From an uncultured Bacteroidota bacterium (GTDB taxonomy: Bacteria; Bacteroidota; Bacteroidia; JABEUT01), in the NCBI GenBank assembly GCA_903901055.1, contig CAIUPO010000051.1, positions 8,312 to 72,311 of the forward strand: a stretch of DNA of 64,000 nt. Reading direction: 5' to 3'. The translations under genes were made by a program, and so were the position numbers. The notes beneath the pieces were generated by a model, which had not been told where the DNA came from, made no database searches, and was given only the letters and a program-made list of their open reading frames with translations. Shown piece by piece: positions 19,136-25,841 of the stretch. Each line of letters begins with the position of its first letter. The stretch's first letter is position 1.

Positions 19136-19618
19136 ATGGAGCTGAAAACAAAAGTGCATGCCGAAGACGGCAAACAGGAATTAACAATTACACGGGAATT
19201 TGATTTACCCGTTGAGTTACTTTTTAGAGCCCATGCCGAACCCGAAATTATAGAGCAATGGATGTCGAACCCTTATGCAACCTCAAAAATGCTGAAGTTT
19301 GAAGCGAAGAAGCATGGTAGCTATCAACAGGAATCGAAAGATGCAAATGGGAATGTTGTGTTCAAAGCAAATGGAACATTCCACGAATTTATTCCAAACA
19401 AAAAAATTACCCGTACATTTGAAATTGAGAATTTTCCATTGGGTGTTCAGCTGGAAGTAATAACATTTGAAAAGCTTACGGACGACACCAGCAAACTTAC
19501 TATACACACAATTTATGAATCGGGTGCATTACGTGACCAGCAGCTGAAGATGCCTTTTGCACAAGGCTTAAGCATGGCACATGACAGGATGCAAGAGATC
19601 ATGACTAAATTAAAATAA
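19136..19618 (+). CDS. SRPBCC/AHSA1-domain protein (paralog)
   Basis: ITREFDLPVELLFRAHAEPEIIEQWM has the same architecture as the previous gene. Confidence 0.8.
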   Translation: MELKTKVHAEDGKQELTITREFDLPVELLFRAHAEPEIIEQWMSNPYATSKMLKFEAKKHGSYQQESKDANGNVVFKANGTFHEFIPNKKITRTFEIENFPLGVQLEVITFEKLTDDTSKLTIHTIYESGALRDQQLKMPFAQGLSMAHDRMQEIMTKLK

Positions 19619-19636
19619 CCTACAAGTAAATTTTAA

Positions 19637-20077
19637 ATGATGAATATAGAAATAATTGAAAAGCCTTTCAATATTGATATCTATGGTTTTTCGGGAACTG
19701 CAGTAAATAAGGATTATGCCGGAACTGCTTTCAAGTTATCGGGCAAAATGTGGCAGGTAATTAAAGGGAATGGAATAAAAAACAAAGGACAAAATATTTG
19801 GGTTTATGATACAAATGAAAGTGTGTTTGCAGGTATAGAGATTGAAGAACCATATAAAGAAAGATCAGCATTGGAACACAAAAACATTTTGCTGAATAAG
19901 TATGCTTACTTCAAACACATTGGACCATATAGTTTAATAAAACAAGTCGGGCAAAGTATGAATGAAGAAATAAATAACAAGGGTCTTGAAACTACTTTAC
20001 CCTATATTGAAATTTATGGACATTGGAATAATGATGAAAGTAAACTGGAAACGGAACTTTTAATGAGTTTAAAATAA
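19637..20077 (+). CDS. GyrI-like small-molecule-binding domain protein
   Basis: 146 aa. The size, the GPY motif (FKHIGPYSLI) and YIEIYGH resemble an AraC-effector/GyrI-like fold. Confidence 0.65.
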   Translation: MMNIEIIEKPFNIDIYGFSGTAVNKDYAGTAFKLSGKMWQVIKGNGIKNKGQNIWVYDTNESVFAGIEIEEPYKERSALEHKNILLNKYAYFKHIGPYSLIKQVGQSMNEEINNKGLETTLPYIEIYGHWNNDESKLETELLMSLK

Positions 20078-20083
20078 AATATC

Positions 20084-20677
20084 ATGGCAAAGAGTGAGAT
20101 GAATCCTAAAGTTAATTGGTTTTTTGATAAGCCTACCAAGTGGCAGAATGAATATGGAAAATTGAGAATCATTGCACTTGATTGTGGCCTTACGGAAGAC
20201 CTGAAATGGGGTTGCCCTTGCTATACCTTAGGCGATAAAAACATAGTGCTTATACATGGATTTAAAGATTACTGTGCCTACCTGTTTTTCAAAGGGGCTT
20301 TGATGAAAGATGAGCACGGTATTCTCATCCAGCAAACACCTAATGTACAAGTGCCCCGACAAATAAGGTTTACAAATTTGAAAGAAATCACTAAACTGGC
20401 ACCTACTTTAAAAGCCTATATAAAAGAAGCAATTGAATTAGAAAAATCGGGAGTGAAAGCCGAGTTGAAAAAAACTTCGGAATACAAAATGCCCGAGGAA
20501 CTTGAAACTAAACTGGATGAAAATCCGGCATTGAAAAAAGCTTTTTATGCATTGACTCCCGGCAGGCAACGTGGATATATTTATACTATTTCCCAGGCTA
20601 AACTAGCTAAAACACGCGAGGAAAGAGTTGAAAAATATACACCCAAAATTTTGATGGGAAAGGGAGTTGATGATTAG
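20084..20677 (+). CDS. YdeI/DUF1801-type protein
   Basis: LKWGCPCYTL...NIVLIHGFKDYCAYLFFKG (DUF1801-like) plus C-terminal PGRQRGYIYTISQAKLAKTREERVEK (YdeI/OmpD-associated-like). Confidence 0.7.
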   Translation: MAKSEMNPKVNWFFDKPTKWQNEYGKLRIIALDCGLTEDLKWGCPCYTLGDKNIVLIHGFKDYCAYLFFKGALMKDEHGILIQQTPNVQVPRQIRFTNLKEITKLAPTLKAYIKEAIELEKSGVKAELKKTSEYKMPEELETKLDENPALKKAFYALTPGRQRGYIYTISQAKLAKTREERVEKYTPKILMGKGVDD

Positions 20678-20756
20678 TAGGCCGGCTTGTGATGGGGTAA
20701 ATAAGCAAATCCCTAATAGTTACTTGCCTACTAAGTGCAACTTCGGGGTACGGCGT

Positions 20757-21152
20757 TCATTTAGGCAGGTATTCATCCGATTTTTTTTCTAATGCCTTAA
20801 TTTCTGTCTTCTCTTTTTTAATACCCTGACGAATAAGCCCGAATAAATTCATATATATGTTAGCTATCCATACCAATGAAAATCCTGCAATAATATATCC
20901 TCTCCAATCATCAATCAGCAGTTTGTAATCTGTTAAAAAAAGAAATATAATTGTTATGTAGTGGCTAATACAATATTCGCATGTAAAAATAAAAAAGAAC
21001 TTTCTTTTTAATAGTGTATTATCATGCTTACTTCGTTTAATAAAATATTCTCTTGGTTCACGAAATATTTCTTCAAAGGTAACAGTCCATGAAATACAGG
21101 CTATGGGTATTGCCAAAACAAAAAGCCGGATGATTTGAATGTAGATTTCCAT
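20757..21152 (-). CDS. Small integral membrane protein (possibly DUF1360-like)
   Basis: 131 aa with 3-4 hydrophobic helices and a CxxC (CEYC) pair. The family assignment is tentative. Confidence 0.45.
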   Translation of the reverse strand: MEIYIQIIRLFVLAIPIACISWTVTFEEIFREPREYFIKRSKHDNTLLKRKFFFIFTCEYCISHYITIIFLFLTDYKLLIDDWRGYIIAGFSLVWIANIYMNLFGLIRQGIKKEKTEIKALEKKSDEYLPK

Positions 21153-21252
21153 TTTAAAGAATAAATTTTCGAATACTAAACTACCCTCCTCATGGCTTTA
21201 ACGCCTTACAAAAATCCCAAAGAAAATTATATAGTTCACGGGTTTCACACCC

Positions 21253-21396
21253 TTTTTATTGTTTTGTCGTGGTATTTCAAGCCGACAACGGGGATATCTT
21301 TATAATTTTTCACAACCTAAACAATCCAAAACCAGGGAGGCAAGAGTTGAAAAATATATGCAGTAAATTTTGATGGGAAAGGAGATTGATGATTAA
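21253..21396 (+). pseudogene. Decayed fragment of a second YdeI-like gene (3' end only)
   Basis: 21331-21396 aligns by eye to 20612-20677, the 3' end of the intact gene. It reads ...RQRGYLYNFSQPKQSKTREARVEKYMQ*ILMGKEIDD*, versus ...RQRGYIYTISQAKLAKTREERVEKYTPKILMGKGVDD* in the intact gene. It has an internal stop and no 5' part. Confidence 0.6.
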
Positions 21397-21416
21397 TTAA
21401 TAAAATAGGAACAAGA

Positions 21417-21791
21417 ATGTGTTTTAATTTAAAGTCAATATTCGGCAAAAAATCGGACGAAAGAAAGACCGAAATCCATCTCAGCGGAGAACTAGAGTTT
21501 GATACACATGCAGACTTTTATTGCACCAATTTAATTAATTCAATTATACTTTTTTCCTTTAATACTGATGAACTTGAAAAGCTTGCTGGACCGAGTTTTA
21601 ATCCGATGCCTGAACTTGAAACTGAAATAGATTACGCATTTGTTCCAGTATGTTTCGAAACAATTTTCAGAAACAAACTAATTGATTTTTCAAATAAAGG
21701 TGAACTATTGGAATTCAAAACAAAAGTTGATATTGTGCCAAAAGAAATTTGGGATTGGGAATTTATAAAAGCTACCAAGAACTGGTCTTGA
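21417..21791 (+). CDS. Hypothetical protein
   Basis: 124-aa ORF with no recognisable motif. Coding status rests only on ORF length. Confidence 0.35.
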   Translation: MCFNLKSIFGKKSDERKTEIHLSGELEFDTHADFYCTNLINSIILFSFNTDELEKLAGPSFNPMPELETEIDYAFVPVCFETIFRNKLIDFSNKGELLEFKTKVDIVPKEIWDWEFIKATKNWS

Positions 21792-21892
21792 ATTTACTTT
21801 AATAACTTCCTCCATATAAAGCCTAAATATCTATAATTCTGGATATTTTTTATTGTTCAGTAATAAATATAGTTTCTCTAACTATTCAAAAA

Positions 21893-23683
21893 TTAGTATT
21901 GAATTAATACGGAACCGTTACCTGAAGTTACTAAAGTAGTATTTACACTAACACTTGTAACACCTGGTCCGGCCACATAATTCATAGCTCCGCCACCACC
22001 GGTATAACTGCCGCCGCCGCCGCCATAGTAACCACCACCACCACCACCACCGGTACCACACCCAACACCACCGGTAAGTTGAGTTCCTGCACTTGCGCTG
22101 CACACATAAGTGCCGGCTAAACCACCTAAAGCCGTAGTAGAACCACCGCCGGCATTACCGCCATTATACTGAACACCGGAGTAGTACCCGGATCCAGCTA
22201 ATGCAGTTGCAGTGCCGCCCGGTCCTCCATTTTCTGAATTCGCAGTGTGGTAGTCATTACCTGCACCTCCTCCACCGCCTGCGCTCAACACAACATTTGC
22301 CCATGCATTACCACCAATTCTGATATCGGTTGCACCACCACCTCCTCCTCCGCCATAACCGGAGCCGGAGTAAGTGCCACTGGCACCGCCACCGTTAAAT
22401 CCACCTGGTGCGGTATAAAGCGATGTAGTAGAACCAATTCCACCTGCACCTCCAACATTAATATTCAGAGTACTTCCTCCTGCAACAGTTACAACAGCAA
22501 TAACTGTTCCACCATTAGCCCCAATACTAAACCCATCGCCTGAATTTCCACCGGATGCACCGTTTAATGTAACTGTAATCTGGCTTATACATGCGGGAAC
22601 AGTCCATGTAGTTGCTCCTACAGCTAAAAATGGTATACTGCTGTGAAGGCAATTTATTGATGTAACCGACAAGCATGAAGTAGCGCTGTTACAAAATCCG
22701 CTGATGGCGTATACGCAAATATTCATAGTCCCTGCTGTTCCGCTAAATGCAATGGTAGTCGAAGTTGTACCTTGTCCACTAATAATAACACCATTTGTTG
22801 TGGATACAGACCAAAAATAACTGGTTGCACCTGGTACTGTTGCTACAGTATAAGTATTGGATGTATTAATAGTAGGCGAAGTGGGGCCACCAATTGTTCC
22901 TGGTGTACCAATACTACAAGGGCAAGATATATTTTGCCAGGCAGCACCTGTATAATACTGTAAGCATCCTGTTGTGCTGTTTAATACCACTAATCCTGTG
23001 GCAGGGCCTACAATTGTAGAAGGATTTGCAATACGAGGAGGCAGCAAACCTTGTGTTGCTGATGTAATATCTAACGCAGCAGAAGCGTTAGGAGTGCTCG
23101 TTCCTATTCCCACCTGTCCGGGGATAATTATTCCATTGGCAGGCGCTGCAGTTCCGGCATAAGAACCGAAAGCAGCATTTCCCTTAACATCTAATTTATT
23201 AACGGGGGTTAATGCAGTGGAAGAAATACTTACTCCTGTTCCATTATCCTGAGCAACACCTGTACCTAGATTTGATGCGCTCGTCCAGCGCGATACATAT
23301 CCTGCTGTTCCGGCACCGGTAATTGTACTACCGATTCCACTATTCAGTATATAAAGCCAGGTATTTGCGGGGGAACCGGTAGAGCCGGTCCAGTAATAGA
23401 AGCCTACTCCCTGCCCGCCGGTCATTAAGGCATTTGTATTCCATACAAGCAGCCCTGTAGCAGCACCAACAATGGTGGTATTGTCGGTAATAGATACCAA
23501 ACTTACATTCGGCAGAAGAAACCCAAGGTTAGCATTGGAAGCATCACTCAAATCCAATATGGCCGGCTTTGTGCTTGCTACTCCATTTTTGTTAATGGCC
23601 ACATTGGCAGGTTGTGAATAAAGCGCAAGCGAAACACTTAATAACAGTATAACAAGCGCACTTTTTATGTAATGTTTATTCAT
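21893..23683 (-). CDS. Secreted protein: duplicated N-terminal domain + 1 PKD-like module + polyglycine C-terminal domain (paralog 1)
   Basis: Signal peptide MNKHYIKSALVILLLSVSLALYSQ (alternative upstream start at 23734). Shares blocks with the two upstream genes (AQDNGTGVSISSTALTPVNKLDV; NASAALDITS..GLLPPR). The C-terminus has WTVPACISQITVTLNGASGG and runs of GGGGGG, and ends GNGSVLIQY. Confidence 0.85.
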   Translation of the reverse strand: MNKHYIKSALVILLLSVSLALYSQPANVAINKNGVASTKPAILDLSDASNANLGFLLPNVSLVSITDNTTIVGAATGLLVWNTNALMTGGQGVGFYYWTGSTGSPANTWLYILNSGIGSTITGAGTAGYVSRWTSASNLGTGVAQDNGTGVSISSTALTPVNKLDVKGNAAFGSYAGTAAPANGIIIPGQVGIGTSTPNASAALDITSATQGLLPPRIANPSTIVGPATGLVVLNSTTGCLQYYTGAAWQNISCPCSIGTPGTIGGPTSPTINTSNTYTVATVPGATSYFWSVSTTNGVIISGQGTTSTTIAFSGTAGTMNICVYAISGFCNSATSCLSVTSINCLHSSIPFLAVGATTWTVPACISQITVTLNGASGGNSGDGFSIGANGGTVIAVVTVAGGSTLNINVGGAGGIGSTTSLYTAPGGFNGGGASGTYSGSGYGGGGGGGATDIRIGGNAWANVVLSAGGGGGAGNDYHTANSENGGPGGTATALAGSGYYSGVQYNGGNAGGGSTTALGGLAGTYVCSASAGTQLTGGVGCGTGGGGGGGYYGGGGGSYTGGGGAMNYVAGPGVTSVSVNTTLVTSGNGSVLIQY

Positions 23684-23738
23684 AATATTTATTTTACTGC
23701 AATTCATAAGTCTTCGGTTTTGATTCAAACGCATACGA

Positions 23739-25769
23739 TTAATATTGTATAATTACAGAACCATTTCCGGTATTTGTTTGTGCAGTACTTGATATGGTAC
23801 CTGCGCAATAAGAACCGCCGCCCGCGCCACCTGTATCAGGGTCACCGCCGCCACCGCCGCCATTATATCCGCCGCCACCGCCACCGCCATAATCGCCGCC
23901 GCCGCCGCCGCCGCCATATCCTCCAGGATCTGTACCATCATAACCGGCTACCGCAGTAAAATTATTAGCTTTATCATTACCTCCTGTACTTGAACCATAT
24001 CCATTTACGCCATTACCCAGATATCCTGCACCGCCTGCTGCTCCATATGTTCCGAGTGCACCGCCGCCACCGCCTTCGCCTGTTCCGGCCGCAGCATCTG
24101 CTGTGCCTGTTCCCACAGTCGGTGTGGTAGTTAAACTGCCGGGAGCTCCTATATTGCCTGTTATATATCCGCCGCCGCCGCCGCCGCCTGCAACTTCCAA
24201 AACAGTACCTGTATTATTATCCCAAATGAATGTGCCTCCTCCTCCTCCTCCTCCGTCATCGGAATTATCACCACCTCCAACACCACCTGTTACAATATTA
24301 AGTGTATGCCCACCAGTTACGGTAACCACTCCAATTATTGTAGCACCGTTACCACCTGCTACAGGAGTAGCAGTATATTGTCCATATCCACCTGCACCAC
24401 CTACTGCAGTAATCGTTATTTGTGTGACGCATGCAGGTATAGTCCATGTTTGCACTGAGTTTGAATATGTAAATGTTGGCACTGTACCATGCGCACAAGT
24501 TGTTGAAGTAACAGACAAACACGAAGGGGCGCTAGTCCCACATACATTGCTCGCTGTTACACATATATTCATAGTAGCTGCTGTACCTGAAAAAGTAATA
24601 GTTACAGAAGTAGTGCCTTGTCCCGCTGTTACTGTTCCGTTTGTTGAAGATACTGACCAGGAATAATTGGTTGCCCCGGCAACAGCAGCAATTGTATACG
24701 TATTTGCCGTGCTGATTGCAGGCGCTGTAGTACCTGAAGGAACTGCAGGCGCTGCCGGAATACCGTTAGAAATTGTTAGTGCAAGAACTGAAGGAGCGCT
24801 TGTTCCGCAACTGTTAACTGCTGCTACTGTTATATACCCGGATGTTGCACCCATGGTAACAGTAATAGAAGTACCTGTATTTGCTGTTATAGTTGCGCCG
24901 GGTGGAACCGTCCATATATATGAAGTAGCATTTAGTATTGGTAATATGGTATATACGTTTCCGGTTGTTGATGCACATGCTGCAGTATTACCGGTAATGG
25001 CTCCGGGCATGTCGGGACGTGTATTACAAGGGCAGGCTAAATTCAGCCAGGCTGTTCCGGTATAGTACTCCAAACAATTCGTTGTTGAATTTAATACTAC
25101 CAATCCTGTAGCAGGGGTTGCAATTAAAGATATGCTTGCTCCCGGAATACGCGGAGGAAGCAATCCTTGTGTTGTGGATGTAATATCTAACGTTGCGGAA
25201 GCATTGGGTGCATTTGTGCCAATCCCCACATTTCCAGATACAATTAAACCATTTGAAGGGGCAGCGGTTCCGGCATACGTGCCAAAAGCTGCATTTCCAT
25301 TAACATCTAATTTGTTTACAGGGGTTAAGGCTGTTGAAGAGATACTAACTCCTGTTCCATTATCCTGGGCTACTCCGTTTGCTAATGCGGTTGCGCTTGT
25401 CCAACGGGCTGAATATCCCGTAGTACCGGAGCCTGTGAGCGAACCTCCCACTACCCCACTGTTCGTAATATATAACCAGGCAGTGCCAGACCAATAATAA
25501 AATCCAACCCCTAATGGCAATGCAGCATTGGTGTTCCAAACAATCATACCAACGGTTGGTGCGGGTATGGTAACAATATCGGCCGTAGAGGCCAGGTTCA
25601 CATTCGTCATCAGGAACCCTAGGTTCGGATTGTTACTAAGGTCAAGAACAGCTGATGCGTTTGGTGGGTTTCCGGTACTATTAATACCAACGGTACCTTG
25701 TGAATAAAGCGCAAGTGAAACACTTAACAGGAGTGCAACCAGAGCGCCTTTTATGTAATGCTTATTCAT
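23739..25769 (-). CDS. Secreted protein: duplicated N-terminal domain + 2 PKD-like modules + polyglycine C-terminal domain (paralog 2)
   Basis: Signal peptide MNKHYIKGALVALLLSVSLALYSQ (alternative start at 25805). Its stop lies 4 nt before paralog 1's listed ORF start at 23734 (55 nt before the ATG at 23683 that I prefer). Ends ...GGGGGGDYGGGGGGGYNGGGGGG...GNGSVIIQY. Confidence 0.85.
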   Translation of the reverse strand: MNKHYIKGALVALLLSVSLALYSQGTVGINSTGNPPNASAVLDLSNNPNLGFLMTNVNLASTADIVTIPAPTVGMIVWNTNAALPLGVGFYYWSGTAWLYITNSGVVGGSLTGSGTTGYSARWTSATALANGVAQDNGTGVSISSTALTPVNKLDVNGNAAFGTYAGTAAPSNGLIVSGNVGIGTNAPNASATLDITSTTQGLLPPRIPGASISLIATPATGLVVLNSTTNCLEYYTGTAWLNLACPCNTRPDMPGAITGNTAACASTTGNVYTILPILNATSYIWTVPPGATITANTGTSITVTMGATSGYITVAAVNSCGTSAPSVLALTISNGIPAAPAVPSGTTAPAISTANTYTIAAVAGATNYSWSVSSTNGTVTAGQGTTSVTITFSGTAATMNICVTASNVCGTSAPSCLSVTSTTCAHGTVPTFTYSNSVQTWTIPACVTQITITAVGGAGGYGQYTATPVAGGNGATIIGVVTVTGGHTLNIVTGGVGGGDNSDDGGGGGGGTFIWDNNTGTVLEVAGGGGGGGYITGNIGAPGSLTTTPTVGTGTADAAAGTGEGGGGGALGTYGAAGGAGYLGNGVNGYGSSTGGNDKANNFTAVAGYDGTDPGGYGGGGGGGDYGGGGGGGYNGGGGGGDPDTGGAGGGSYCAGTISSTAQTNTGNGSVIIQY

Positions 25770-25841
25770 ATTAATATGTTTACTGAATTTTTTCGTATTG
25801 GTCAATGCTATTTATTTTTTTCAAAATAGGTCCTTCTATTT

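Noticed and set aside
20733-20745. A 13-mer, AAGTGCAACTTCG, shared in reverse complement with 43552-43564 (the hairpin after the HEPN cassette), considered as a possible REP-like element
   Set aside because: Across 64 kb on both strands, dozens of chance 13-mer matches are expected (about 64000^2 / 4^13). The flanking sequence does not align well.
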